A stretch of DNA of 56,378 nt from IMG/VR virus record IMGVR_UViG_3300017779_000007, positions 1-56,378 of that record; one strand, written 5' to 3'. The notes beneath the pieces are model-generated. The model was not told the DNA's origin and searched no databases. It saw only the letters and a program-made list of their open reading frames with translations. This DNA comes from a virus (lineage: Duplodnaviria > Caudoviricetes). Shown here piece by piece: positions 16,601-25,748 of the stretch (the stretch's first letter is position 1; every line of letters begins with the position of its first letter). Made by a program: the position numbers and the translations under genes.

Positions 16601-19600
16601 TAAGACGCTTCGATTCAAGACGTTTTTCCTCTGTATCGTCCTGCATCTCGCGCAACGCTTCTCTCCTCTCCGCTTTCCTCTCAGCCATATATTCAGGAGA
16701 GAAAACTGGTGAACTGGATAACGTCGCGTTATTAGCGATTGCCCCAGCCAAAGCTCCGGCGTTGGTAGGCGGACCCTTGCGGGGATTGCTCCCCACGTCG
16801 ATAATATCTCCAAGAGACTCCGCTACTTCTTTAGCAGATCCTATCCCCACATTCGGGAACAACATAGCTATGTTGATAAGGAAGCTATCAAAGGGTGAGG
16901 AGTTGTTAGTTGGTTTTAGATTTTTGAAGTGCTTCTGAACGTCCTCCGACAACAAGAACTGAGCGGTGAACTCGTTAAGATCGACAAGAGCGTTCTCAAG
17001 AGATGGGACGGGTCCGCTGCTTTCTTTTTGCGATTCGTAGGTTTCTTTCGCGAAGTCGAAAACACTGGACAACTGGTTAACTATACCTTGTTTACTTGAG
17101 GGTGGATTTGAAATAGTTCCAGAAATGAATGCGTGGACATACTCCTCAAGTAATGTGTTGACGAGACCTCGACCGTTTCCAGACGTGACATTGATGAACA
17201 CACTGTCCGAGCCGTCTTTTCCCTTAACGTATTTTCCTGCGATGTCGGCTTTTGCTTCGCCCATCACAAACTTAATCTTCTTGATGAAGGCGGTGTCGCG
17301 CAGCAGCAAGGTAGCTACAAATTTATGGGAAGGGATCTTTGAATTTTTAGCGACTTCTTTAAGGGCTTCAATAACACTGTCGGGGTTCCCACTCTCAAGA
17401 CCCAGTCTCTCAATATCAGCCTTGTTCTCAGCCGTAATGACTGCCCTTTCGGCGGCAGAGATGTTAGATCTCGATAGGTGGGTTCGGACTGCTTTGGTTA
17501 AAGCAATCATTGTGTTCTTCGCCTCTTCCGCAGTGATCTCTGTTTCCGCGCCTGCATTGAACTGAGCTTGGAAATCGCTCACAGCGTCAGAGTTCTCGTA
17601 GCTAGCACCGTCTGAGGGGGTCACTAAGCGGACGAGTTGTAGCGCGTTCAGGAAATCTTCGCTGCCGATTAATACTTTGTCCTCCAGAATCTCCACAAGG
17701 CTATTAACAGACGGCCTAGTGTCGCCGTTTCCAGATGAAAGCCATGAAGCGAATATCCCGAACAGGTCTTTAGAACTCGCGTTCTCAACCATGTCTTCCA
17801 TCTCAGGATCTTCCAATACGTCTTCAAGAATAACCTTGACGATTCCCTTGCGTAAGTCTGGGCTAGTGTTTACGGTATTAACCGCTTTTTTCATCGCCCC
17901 AGATACTGTGTTACTTATATCTTGTGGGGAAGCGAAGTCGCCTACAGGGTTTTCACCGAAGTTAAAAACCCAACTACTTACTTTAGGGTTCTTGAATTGA
18001 TCGGGAGTTATATCGAACGGAAGGGTAGAGGCCGCTCTCTGTTGTCTAAGGGAGGTGGCTTTTTCTTGCTGATTCTTAAATTCGTTCGCGGCTTTTTTAA
18101 GTAGCGTATCGAAGGTCGGCGTTGTGTTATTAGCGAAGTCTGGGTTGTTCAAGAGTTTCTGCTCTACGAACAATCCGAGAATCGTTTCTCCCGTAAGCTC
18201 TTTGTTAGATTCTACTTTAATGAACGGGAGTAGTTTTTGAGCCGCTTGATCTACATTCTTAGATCCCGTCTGGGCTACCAGCTCATCGAAGGGAGTGGTA
18301 GGGTTGGTTCCTTCTCCGAACGCTTCTACTTTTGCGCGAAGACTAAACAACTGTGCGTTAAATAAGAATTCTTGTTTAGCTGACTCAAATGCCACCATGC
18401 GGAACTCCTCGTTAAGCTCCCCGTCGTTGGCTTCAAGGAGGGCTTGGGCGTTGCGATTCGTTTCGTCTCCGGTCTTCTCTAGCTCAAGGGCGAACCTATT
18501 GATTTTTCTTTTGATCGACGTAGTATTAGAAAAGTTTCCATCAGTAATTGGGCTTCCATTTTTGTCAAAGTCTGGAACACCTTCAGGTAAGGTCGCAGGC
18601 TTGAAACGGATACTAGCTATAGCAGAAGCTCTCGTATTGTTTGGCCCAATCGAACTTACGCCCCTCGCGTTAGTGACCTTAGACTCTAGGAGAGTGCCGT
18701 CGGCAGTAGGTCCGACCACGTCACTAACCATCTCATTTTTAATTCGGATAGCGGGGTTGAGGTTTGCTCTATTGAAACTACGAGGAACCTTAACGGTTTT
18801 ACCAGCCCTCAACATCTCAATAATAGAGATCGGGTCGTTGTCGAACACGCCATTACCTCTATCATCAACGAAGAATTTAACTGGCTGGGTAACGGTCTTA
18901 CCGGATACGGGATCGAAGTAAGTCCTGAAAGGTCTCTTCTCATTATCAGGGTCGAGCTTCGCGTTCTTTGGGGGAGCGAGTTTAGGGTAAGCTGTATAAA
19001 CAGCAGAAGACACAAACTCTGACGCGGACTGGCGAGACGAGTCAGGAGGCATAGGTAAACCGTAGTTTACGTTGGGGTCAGGATTAATCGGAAACCCATT
19101 ACCCATCGCGAAGCCAATAAGCCTGTTAGCTTTCTCCTCTGCGTCAGGCCCACTAAAGGGAGACTCTTCATACCTAAATGTATTGGGTGACGGCCTTGAA
19201 GAATACCTCTTGGATTTAGTTGGGTCGAATCCACGGACGCTGTTGTTAGCGGAACTTATGTTCGTTCTGGACTCGCCTTGAAGGGTGACGCCAGCAGATT
19301 CTGCGTTAGCCTGTTCTTGAGTAAAGTCGATATAAGGTCCGGTGTAGTCCTTAATTTCTCTAGGGGATTTACGACCGTAATCGAAAGGAGTCTCTAGAAC
19401 TGTGACGGGTTCACTATTTCTAACGGAGACGCTCTGCTGGTTTCTGATGTTCTCTAAAGCAATTTCAACGTCGAGTGGGCTAGAATCGTTCAGGGACTGC
19501 AAGAACACCACCGGATCTACCTTCTGGTCAGTAAGTGCGAAATCAGGAGTAGTAGGTGACTGCGCTGCAACTTCAAGGTTTTGTTCCTTTTGCGAAATGG

Positions 19601-22418
19601 CTGCGCTCTCCTGCTCAAGCTCTATTCTCCGTTGTTCGCGAAGGGCGACCTCGGCTTCCCGCTCCTCCTCCTTTTTAGGTAGGGTCGATTCGTCGCTAAG
19701 TTTAGATATCTCTTGGGCGATCTCCTTACTTCTTTTGGCGTTTTCTGTTCTTAGTAATGACTGCTCAGTAACAGTGGATGTTCCTTCTGAGGGGGTTGGT
19801 GCTAGTTCAGCCGCAGCCTCGGCTGCACCACGACTTTGGGCGCGGGTCGTAATTATCTGACGAACCTGTTGGGCGGTGAGTGGGCTACCAGTTCCTTCAA
19901 GTTCAGAAGAAACTTGTTCAGCGAACTCATTCGCCATCCGAATACGACTTTCTCGCTGATCCATCGGAGTATAACCTACGAATCTTGCACCGGCCTGAAT
20001 AGTGGGGACACCGCCACCGAGAATACCGCCAACTTGTGCGGCGTGCCACACCTGCGTCATCCTCTCAAGCATCGGCGTGTCCTGATTCAGTGCTACGTCT
20101 TCAACGAATGAATTAACTAACTGATCGAGACCTTCTTCCAAACTTTCATCGACTGCATTTTTTGCGATCTTCTTCCCAAGAGCAAAAGCCCCATACTTCT
20201 TGATGGAGGCATTCATCACGGTTTTCATTGCTCCCGCGACGAGCGTATCAGAGATTCCCGACGTGTTGCCCATCGCTTGGAAAACCGCTTTAGATTCTCT
20301 AAAGGTCATGCCTTTAAGCAAGGCGTCCTCAACACCTCCGCGACCTATCATACTGAAGCCTGCGGTAATTGCACCTGTGATCGCACCAGAGGTTAGGGCG
20401 AATCCTAACGCCCTATCGTGGGCTTCATCTTCGCTTAGTTCTGGGTCTTTGCGTAGCTGGTTATAGAGCGAGGCGTAAGTCATCGCGCCACTACGAGTAG
20501 CTGCTGGAACGAACCCCGCTACCCCTATATTAAACTTACTAGAAGCTACTTTGTTAAATGCTTCGATGGCTTCGACGGTCTTGGCGCGACCTCCTTTTTC
20601 TAACGACTCCCTGATCAAGACATTAGCCGCCTTGTCTGCCACTTCTTTATAACCCTGTTTCGTGCTGGCTCTAAGGACATTACTGGTAAGTGCTTTAGCG
20701 AATCCCTTGGCGGTGAGCTGCGCTCCACCTTTTACAGTAGATCTCAAAGCTAAGTAACCCGCACCAAGAGTGCCACCGGAAACTGTAGCTAAAGCAGTCG
20801 TAGCGGCTATATCCACGATAAGGGGCGCAACGCTTTCGGACACGTCTTGAAACAAGCCATACTGCTCACCGAAAATTTGGGCAACCTCGCGGCGGTCCGA
20901 TTGTCTCTGAGCAGTATTAGCGAGACCGTCTTTGGCCCAGTCTGCCCCCATAATAGCGGGAGCGGCATACACAAGAGTGGCGACAGAATCCCAGACAGAG
21001 TAAGCAATTCCCTTGGCACTGTCAGCGAACTCATTGAAGTTCTCGTCCTTAGCGACGAAATCGTCGAAGATGTCTAGGTCATCTCGTCCGGCCTGCCTGC
21101 CATCTATAAGGGCTTTCGCCCAGTCATCGCCGACGGCGGACTCAGACAAAAGCTTGCTGTAACTCGCGAAGTTTTGTTTGAGAACATCGACTCGTTTCTC
21201 GGCAAAAAGTTTTTTCTGCTGGGCAGTAAGTTCAGGATGCGCGGCAAGAGTGTTAATCATGTCCTCTTCACGGGCAAATACTGCGGGGTTCAGGACTGGA
21301 CCAAGAGCGGTCTTGTAAAGGTTCTTACCCGCTTCAGACGGATCTTGATGCAGCTTAAACGTCCCGCGTCTAGCCCCCTCATGGATAACATGGGCCTCGT
21401 AAGCGTCGCGGACGTCTTCGGCCTTATAATTAGCCCCAGAACTGTTCAGCTTATCGGTGATATACTCAACCGTATTGTCAAAGGATTGTCGGCTAGCGAT
21501 ATAAACTCTTTTTTTCTTGTCGTTACTCTCCTCTGATTCAACCCCAACGGCTGTCATCAGATCGCTCAGTCCTCGCGTTAGGGATTGCGTCGTTGCATCC
21601 CAAGCATTCTGACTTTCTCTGGCGAGTTGAAGGGTATGTCCGGTGACGTGTTCCGCAACTGAGGAGTCCTGTTGGGCCAACTCAGCGATGCTTTCAGAGA
21701 TCTCTGCGATCTGCTTGAATTTGTAAAGTTTGATGTCGAGACCAGCGACAGGAGAAAGAAGTGCTTGAGCAGCCAGACCGTCTTTAAACGACACACCTCC
21801 GATCTTGGAGGCTTTGATCGCCTGATTTACGGTCATGTTCTCGGCGGCGTCACCGACTAATAGTTCGCGCTCGCCAGTTTCATTAGTGACGTAAGCCAAC
21901 GGAATCTGGTTACTCTCAACCAGATTTCTCTTAACCTCGTCAAATCGGCGATTAACAACTTCTTCAGACTTTAGTTTAAGACCAGCTATTTTATCTTGGT
22001 AAGGCTGGACAGTTCCACCAGCGGCGACGACTTTCTCGCCTGCCTTATACTCGGTGAGGGTCATCCAGTCTTCGTCGTCACTGTTCAGTCCGGCGCGAAC
22101 ATACTCAAACTTTTCCTCAAACGATGGCTCCTTGGTGGCCGTAAGAGCTTGAATAGCTTCTTCGTCTACCACACCGAGGTCAGCTAATTTAGAATTCAGT
22201 GATCCACTAATCTCTCCTTCGACACTAGGGGTGTAAGCCCCCTGTTCAAGGTAGCCCTCACGGACGTAATCCGAATACTGGACGTAGCTCTGAGGGTCAG
22301 CTTCGGTTAATTGATTCTCCTCTGACCAAACAGAAAAGGGTTTAAGTTCGGGTGGTTTAGGAGCCTCTGTGATCAGAGACTTATCAAAGTCGGTAAGGGA
22401 TGGATTCAAATCAGTCAT
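10653..22418 (-). CDS. Giant (3921 aa) polyvalent / internal virion ejection protein
   Basis: Gly/Ala-rich hydrophobic N-terminal region typical of ejected proteins, two zincin-like EExxH motifs, ART-PolyVal-like module at about 15105-15800. Confidence 0.75.
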   Translation of the reverse strand: MTDLNPSLTDFDKSLITEAPKPPELKPFSVWSEENQLTEADPQSYVQYSDYVREGYLEQGAYTPSVEGEISGSLNSKLADLGVVDEEAIQALTATKEPSFEEKFEYVRAGLNSDDEDWMTLTEYKAGEKVVAAGGTVQPYQDKIAGLKLKSEEVVNRRFDEVKRNLVESNQIPLAYVTNETGERELLVGDAAENMTVNQAIKASKIGGVSFKDGLAAQALLSPVAGLDIKLYKFKQIAEISESIAELAQQDSSVAEHVTGHTLQLARESQNAWDATTQSLTRGLSDLMTAVGVESEESNDKKKRVYIASRQSFDNTVEYITDKLNSSGANYKAEDVRDAYEAHVIHEGARRGTFKLHQDPSEAGKNLYKTALGPVLNPAVFAREEDMINTLAAHPELTAQQKKLFAEKRVDVLKQNFASYSKLLSESAVGDDWAKALIDGRQAGRDDLDIFDDFVAKDENFNEFADSAKGIAYSVWDSVATLVYAAPAIMGADWAKDGLANTAQRQSDRREVAQIFGEQYGLFQDVSESVAPLIVDIAATTALATVSGGTLGAGYLALRSTVKGGAQLTAKGFAKALTSNVLRASTKQGYKEVADKAANVLIRESLEKGGRAKTVEAIEAFNKVASSKFNIGVAGFVPAATRSGAMTYASLYNQLRKDPELSEDEAHDRALGFALTSGAITGAITAGFSMIGRGGVEDALLKGMTFRESKAVFQAMGNTSGISDTLVAGAMKTVMNASIKKYGAFALGKKIAKNAVDESLEEGLDQLVNSFVEDVALNQDTPMLERMTQVWHAAQVGGILGGGVPTIQAGARFVGYTPMDQRESRIRMANEFAEQVSSELEGTGSPLTAQQVRQIITTRAQSRGAAEAAAELAPTPSEGTSTVTEQSLLRTENAKRSKEIAQEISKLSDESTLPKKEEEREAEVALREQRRIELEQESAAISQKEQNLEVAAQSPTTPDFALTDQKVDPVVFLQSLNDSSPLDVEIALENIRNQQSVSVRNSEPVTVLETPFDYGRKSPREIKDYTGPYIDFTQEQANAESAGVTLQGESRTNISSANNSVRGFDPTKSKRYSSRPSPNTFRYEESPFSGPDAEEKANRLIGFAMGNGFPINPDPNVNYGLPMPPDSSRQSASEFVSSAVYTAYPKLAPPKNAKLDPDNEKRPFRTYFDPVSGKTVTQPVKFFVDDRGNGVFDNDPISIIEMLRAGKTVKVPRSFNRANLNPAIRIKNEMVSDVVGPTADGTLLESKVTNARGVSSIGPNNTRASAIASIRFKPATLPEGVPDFDKNGSPITDGNFSNTTSIKRKINRFALELEKTGDETNRNAQALLEANDGELNEEFRMVAFESAKQEFLFNAQLFSLRAKVEAFGEGTNPTTPFDELVAQTGSKNVDQAAQKLLPFIKVESNKELTGETILGLFVEQKLLNNPDFANNTTPTFDTLLKKAANEFKNQQEKATSLRQQRAASTLPFDITPDQFKNPKVSSWVFNFGENPVGDFASPQDISNTVSGAMKKAVNTVNTSPDLRKGIVKVILEDVLEDPEMEDMVENASSKDLFGIFASWLSSGNGDTRPSVNSLVEILEDKVLIGSEDFLNALQLVRLVTPSDGASYENSDAVSDFQAQFNAGAETEITAEEAKNTMIALTKAVRTHLSRSNISAAERAVITAENKADIERLGLESGNPDSVIEALKEVAKNSKIPSHKFVATLLLRDTAFIKKIKFVMGEAKADIAGKYVKGKDGSDSVFINVTSGNGRGLVNTLLEEYVHAFISGTISNPPSSKQGIVNQLSSVFDFAKETYESQKESSGPVPSLENALVDLNEFTAQFLLSEDVQKHFKNLKPTNNSSPFDSFLINIAMLFPNVGIGSAKEVAESLGDIIDVGSNPRKGPPTNAGALAGAIANNATLSSSPVFSPEYMAERKAERREALREMQDDTEEKRLESKRLKDEVEREKFLSLIPEEDRSKALPLLNYLRGLIPFGMELEFVTESDGSSSFVQSDSSAVYINLPLMLSQTGGVGDIAGRAIAGVIINEELVHSASWSSMTDGEVQNYINSLSDSDFVDIAKEYHVGNEPRLAAAIVSLQSSDPQVVAKAKYGLAQEKLRMHFQKVTRGFTTEDDNQFWKSKPSLLKILGRYFRGIINRWVAKREQIGPAADVALNKLIIEMRAIEAGFVRQPTKMAFDTKNPTEVFQMFEVVNQDFVGLASAPVEDVEYLELAKDPEKNWLELRTMVERRAKAAGYETRTKHATGATFDAFDRGEIPEFDPDTNIRGFHVSNEADTFSSYRYQRTDNKVLDLFVKKGRTIDRVTAQQMVARGEETDGFPSGFDTVVFSEPAGFPTQKQQRDFDQGEPVSLDGQNERSGYFVIKKDSALGGAELYLENNPNETITTYEDLEEAFSFHDTEHLVVRSPDQLKSADPITRDANGNVIPLSQRFDESKSSILYSAPVAGATTPAEIPPEIASASDPIVKHIYVKEDGKFYEKIKNGYIKIQQSLDQFEGMAVMLHQPDGAMAGTLEVEGDKVVDGKGGVYYPVMFGDQGYFWASTKDAAVNMAENLNKISKRNNGTILMALTSAPIEKMFSSTTMATGAVNLFATLAKNPKKYGITEAVVNRAIVNASKERLVLKKKDKDTGVETTTIKEFSRKLKLKDGLAKNIEEMKKNLLPEESVFPQRGSFVAQIASAIADSMKLPTAEVQKKFNPKEKAAFDKKKNQALNIANLLAGDKNLYNKSLIPTGNLKMASVMQGMADLFAEPLVKTFQQFQQMDKKASGRVYAVLSMKGEVEAVETDFHDSYPYSIRSTSGETPVVHVLSESNLWKDVVYSAKKPNPKKAADPYDGNTDPIKKSEEDSIFPPSVGVSQRELIFRKADEGVETVKLPLYSAPTAAAAAPSSKPTGSTINFAAVVDLLEIPVYELETGKPQNFIMEFLNKVFAGELPEAFRRLIQNRDAYKRLTEANVVAYKQEMDKLIEENYGGYEYAPMDLIALAQGHYTGNIVTEEVLKDIDKDYEAAHADAEKKRKVGLITEEEADSLKGLAHNARTEATDKAYEEAITSREADRDAALRELAKESPKLAAHIIDIRQRLIIPLQKKLVKSGLDDNIGVKISETGGVYITRSYKMFTDSSYLQKVREDPNYQVVRDEAMRFFNKQFKDKKFEELVEGGMDKSRAEVEARILLEKENQSYPHKSYAQEVLNTFLMRYDEGGRDSTTASPKHYKMIEDNLKRRKDLPVEIRNLLGEIGSEAGTDLILRTYSTVATLASQQAFLNQLVAFGKETGVMVTVEEKLATKENRVKYANFVAARSGAPSKNDPLSGMQVDPEFKKLLDTTLNDSFSMDYADTAEKAVKGAVGLAANLSGKAMAAKTLGSIGFYLRNGIGNLLFGTSQGFLRYDKMIAEMAKGTFGVLNPFNEGEIDPELNELIGLNIKGDELRAGVMRDLLNGRITPDGIRKQIEDLGEKTKLNKATKALAIIEKKAQDLSAALDAAYKVAYYNHELAILKEAQAADTSTVEDGKVRVNNLANMSDTQIKRLAARKVVMTSQAYSQAPPAVAAYTKSGLGLLFAPFIRFKMEVPRIVINTYKLASEEIASGNPVLVRRGKTRMIWMTGTIGVLSSALPMILAALSGIGDEEDEAMRASIPDYLRGHTFFYYRWNGELKSVDLTYVNPYSLLVDPFLRAYENIRSGEFTEAGAALALGLVRDQYLDDQILAGAVSEARRNLNPSTGKPIWNKGADGPVEAGSKILGYIAKEAYAPRLGKDFVEGWSTGSLKGMTLEIMDGAMPARVHDVDLQKQYSRYLLDLNKRYNNVKSGLNAVKRNVPMSDGDVADIIDENIEDRRLLNYELMRINKGFASLGLTNTDLLKGMKDKKLGRDRVALLSKGYMDKPSFKYIIEGLLDPRTDEYGRARAQQVYDHASKLNRYIPVRPITESE

Positions 22419-22454
22419 AGCTGAAGAGGTTTGTGTTGTGTTGTTTGGTAGAGT

Positions 22455-23480
22455 TTAAGTATTAATGAGTGAATTTATTGCGCTTGCCTTTTTAGGCTGG
22501 CCGTATTGTCCGAGAATCCTGCGTTGTTCTAAGACTTTAGAATAGGTTGACCGGAAAAGATCTTCTACATTTGCCTCCTTTAAGGCTTCTTTGTCCACCT
22601 TAATACCAGACCTCGCCATGACATCAACATAAAGCTCTTGGAGTCTTATTTTGTTAGCTTTCCCTATGTCAAAGCCCTCAGAGACTTTGTTAACAATCTG
22701 CTGAATGTCGCCGCCAGCCTTTGGTGCGGTCATATTTTCCCATTGATTCTGCGTGGACTTGGTAGTCATGCTCCTTAAAGTGCTTTCAAACTCTTTGTAG
22801 CGATCATCTACTTTTCCTATAGCCGCAGCCTCAGTCTCAGCCATCAATTTATCGTATGCCGCTTTCGTTTTTGTGTCCTTTGCGTCTTTAAACACATCGG
22901 ATAGTTCGATGTATGCTTGCTCTGCGTCGTCAACTACAGGTCCGGCTGCTGCTCTTGTCTGTTCAGTAGCCCCCTGTTGGGCGAGCATGGTCATAATGCC
23001 AAACTTGCGGGACTCTGCTTTCTCCTCTTCGCGTTCTTCTTTTTCTTGGCGGATGCGATCCACGTTAAGTGCATTATTAGCAGAGGTGAAAAGCGTCCCG
23101 ATAAGCGGGTTGTGTTGCATGGAAGGAGCATACTGCATCTGGAGACCGATCAAATCTTTGGTCGCGGTATATGAATCCTTTTCAGGATCATTCGTAATGG
23201 CGTCGAGCTGACTCATGAGGTCAGGCAGCTTTTCCATGAAATCTAGCTGAGACTTAGCCTTCTGTCGAGACTGCGCCAGACTGAACTTCTGCGCTTCATA
23301 GGCTAGGTCTTGCCTCTGCATCGACATAGCGTGCTGCTCCATCTTCATGGTCTGCTGCCGCATAGGCGTCAATACTTTCTGGCGGTAATCCATCGCTTGA
23401 TTGAAACCAGTATCGCCAGTGAGCATTGGGAAATACTCCTGACGTAGGGGGGCGATGTCTTGGTTGTAGTCTATAGCCAT
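22455..23480 (-). CDS. Putative internal virion/ejection protein (341 aa)
   Basis: Helical Gln/Ala/Lys-rich ORF directly upstream of the giant protein. Confidence 0.55.
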   Translation of the reverse strand: MAIDYNQDIAPLRQEYFPMLTGDTGFNQAMDYRQKVLTPMRQQTMKMEQHAMSMQRQDLAYEAQKFSLAQSRQKAKSQLDFMEKLPDLMSQLDAITNDPEKDSYTATKDLIGLQMQYAPSMQHNPLIGTLFTSANNALNVDRIRQEKEEREEEKAESRKFGIMTMLAQQGATEQTRAAAGPVVDDAEQAYIELSDVFKDAKDTKTKAAYDKLMAETEAAAIGKVDDRYKEFESTLRSMTTKSTQNQWENMTAPKAGGDIQQIVNKVSEGFDIGKANKIRLQELYVDVMARSGIKVDKEALKEANVEDLFRSTYSKVLEQRRILGQYGQPKKASAINSLINT

Positions 23481-23501
23481 TTCAGTAGTTACTTGTAAAA
23501 T

Positions 23502-24752
23502 TTACGCCGTTCCAAACATATCTCGATTGTCACCAGCAACAGCTTTCAATTCTTTCATGTATTTTTCAAATAAACGCTTAGGTATTGAAGCTTGCTCGAT
23601 CAAGTCTGTGTCTGAGGGCTTAGGTTTATAACTCGTTACAACCTCTTCACCGCGTGACCCAGATCCAACTCCAACTCCAGATTGTCCTAGCTTTACGCCA
23701 GCACTACTAGCATAAGCCTTATCCTGCCTTTGGGCTTCTTTCCCAGCCAGAATTTTTTGGGACATCCTCTGCCTCCTCAATTCAGGTGTGTCGATGTTCG
23801 GCTCCCCCAGACGCATTATCTCTGCGGCTTCCGCCATCCGGCCTGCTTGTGCGGTATACCCTTTACGACGGAGCCTACGGGCCGCATTACGTAGCTTGCC
23901 ACTCTCAGGGCCAATTCGCCGTGCTGGTTGGTTCAACACTGAACCACTACCAAATTTGTAGTTGGGGTCGTTGCTCCTAATATCCATCGCCCTAAGTGCC
24001 GAACCATGTTCAGACTCAAAGAGGGCATTCTGGGCAGCTTCTTGTGGTGAAGAAGATTTTGGCGCAGTTGCAAAGTTTGAGGGCTGGATTCGGTTTTTAT
24101 CCATGAACGAATTAAACTGCTCCTCAGAAACACCAGCGGTGGTAGCCCGTTCGCGAGCCTGTTTAAGAAGATCACCCGTTAAGGCTCCCCGTCGGGACAA
24201 GTCTTCTAAGCCGGAGGCGATGCCCTGTCGGGTGGAGAGTTGTGATTGTGATTGTGATTGTGGTTGTGATTCTTCTTCTTCCTCGATAGCTGGTGCAGGG
24301 GGGTTTAAGTAAGGGTTATCAATTTGCTCATCATCACCTAACGTGTTAGGTGCGCCAGCCATACCTTTACCGTATTTTTCGGTATTTGCTGCGGCGGTTT
24401 TTTTCCAGTAATCGTTAGTTGAGGGAGGTTCATCAGCCGACATAATCCGCTCGTTTGCCGTTCGCCTACCTACGGGTTCGGGTTTGTAAGCAGGGAAAAC
24501 ATCCCTGAGTTCCTTCCGGAGTTGTGTTTGTGGGTCTGGATCTTTCCCCACCCTTCCCTGCATCAAAGCATCATTATACTCATCGTCGCGTGTTGCTGGA
24601 GCTGTATCGTCAGGCATTGTTGTCGTTACAGGAGGTGATGCGTTCATCCCAGATCCAGCTTTTTTTTCCTCTTGAGCTTTCCTTTTTTTCGCTTCGTCGA
24701 TATTCTTTTTGATTTCTAGTAGACGTTTTCTACGTTCCTGATCTTTGTCCAT
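23502..24752 (-). CDS. Putative internal virion protein, largely disordered (416 aa)
   Basis: Low-complexity ORF in the same operon; QSQSQS tract. Confidence 0.55.
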   Translation of the reverse strand: MDKDQERRKRLLEIKKNIDEAKKRKAQEEKKAGSGMNASPPVTTTMPDDTAPATRDDEYNDALMQGRVGKDPDPQTQLRKELRDVFPAYKPEPVGRRTANERIMSADEPPSTNDYWKKTAAANTEKYGKGMAGAPNTLGDDEQIDNPYLNPPAPAIEEEEESQPQSQSQSQLSTRQGIASGLEDLSRRGALTGDLLKQARERATTAGVSEEQFNSFMDKNRIQPSNFATAPKSSSPQEAAQNALFESEHGSALRAMDIRSNDPNYKFGSGSVLNQPARRIGPESGKLRNAARRLRRKGYTAQAGRMAEAAEIMRLGEPNIDTPELRRQRMSQKILAGKEAQRQDKAYASSAGVKLGQSGVGVGSGSRGEEVVTSYKPKPSDTDLIEQASIPKRLFEKYMKELKAVAGDNRDMFGTA

Positions 24753-24766
24753 AATATTAGCGGTTA

Positions 24767-25321
24767 CTAGGTTAAGGTTTTAGCTACGGGCTTCGATTTT
24801 TTCTTTTGAAGGTCGGATTTTACATCCGACAACAGGCCAGCCTTTGAAGTTTTCGACGGTACGCCGCCCACTCCGGTAAAAGCGTTGGAGACAGTGCCAA
24901 ATTTGTAGTTAGGGTCAAATACGTTTAGCGTGGGAGAGCTAGCGTCCGAACTCGACGTATTTGAGGGGGGAGAGCTAGCGTCCGAACTCGACGTATTTGA
25001 GAAGGTGTCCCCCATACCAGTTCTTGCGATTTTCGACGCCCCGCCCCCAACAGGAGAAGACTCGAAAAGACTTTTCGAGTAACTACCAATTTCGTAGTTT
25101 GGGTCTTGCATGGCTTCTAACCTACCGAGACCCGTAGTCTGGTTCATTACATTTTGCGTTGCTTCTGCTGCATTTGTAGGGGCTGCTGGAGCTGCTGCTG
25201 GAGCTGCTGCTGGAGCTGCTGCTGGAGCTGCTGCTGGAGCTGCTGCTGCCGTAGAAGCGGCGTTCTTCTTCGCCTGATTTGACTCCTGTGCTTCTTTTAG
25301 AATTTTTTTTCTATCGGCCAT
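24767..25321 (-). CDS. Low-complexity protein (184 aa), putative internal virion protein
   Basis: (AAAP)n tract from a 12-bp repeat at about 25182-25247; NTSSSDASSP duplicated (36-bp period, 24932-25001). Confidence 0.55.
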   Translation of the reverse strand: MADRKKILKEAQESNQAKKNAASTAAAAPAAAPAAAPAAAPAAAPAAPTNAAEATQNVMNQTTGLGRLEAMQDPNYEIGSYSKSLFESSPVGGGASKIARTGMGDTFSNTSSSDASSPPSNTSSSDASSPTLNVFDPNYKFGTVSNAFTGVGGVPSKTSKAGLLSDVKSDLQKKKSKPVAKTLT

Positions 25322-25323
25322 GA

Positions 25324-25617
25324 TTACCAGAGGTGCTTGCAGGCCCAGTGGCGTGCGGTTGTCTTGTCTTTCGCGGTTTTGCAGTTGTGTCTGGCCCTGA
25401 AATTAGCCCGACGCTTTGGGTTCTTGTGTTTCGTAAAATCGCTGTAATCACGATGTCCATACGAGACTTTCTTGATTTTGTCGCCTTCCTTGCCTAACAC
25501 GACAAATTTTTTTTTCGATCCTTTCGGGGCGCGTTTAGGCTTATTAAAGCCAGCGAACGTCTCGCCGTGGTATTGGATACGGCCAGAAGGGAGCCGCTTG
25601 AATCGTTTATTCGCCAC
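25324..25617 (-). CDS. Small basic phage protein (YG..DY.DFT.H....RR..FRARH.C...W pattern; DUF5754-like)
   Basis: Motif recognition; GTG 25617 lies 6 nt after a -10 box. Confidence 0.65.
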   Translation of the reverse strand: MANKRFKRLPSGRIQYHGETFAGFNKPKRAPKGSKKKFVVLGKEGDKIKKVSYGHRDYSDFTKHKNPKRRANFRARHNCKTAKDKTTARHWACKHLW

Positions 25618-25623
25618 AGGCAA

Positions 25624-25652
25624 AAGATACAGGTTTTAGGAACAAGTGTCAA
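25624..25652 (-). promoter_or_regulatory. Sigma70-type promoter, likely leaderless
   Basis: TTGACA-17 bp-TATCTT-6 nt-GTG. Confidence 0.65.
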
Positions 25653-25669
25653 TCTTCGGGATTCGGGGC

Positions 25670-25748
25670 AAAAAAACTTTTTTCCCAGACCTTTAGTACC
25701 TTATAATATATTATAAGGTACTAAGAGCCTCAGAGAAAAGTTTTTTTT
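25670..25748. repeat. 80-bp palindromic element, copy 3 (inverted relative to copies 1 and 2)
   Basis: Reverse complement reads AAAAAAAACTTTTCTCTGAGGCTCTTAGTACCTTATAATATATTATAAGGTACTAAAGGTCTGGGAAAAAAGTTTTTTT. Confidence 0.95.

Noticed and set aside
11511-22187. Many 60-208 aa plus-strand ORFs opposite the giant gene
   Set aside because: Antisense shadows of a long coding frame, with no motifs or expression signals
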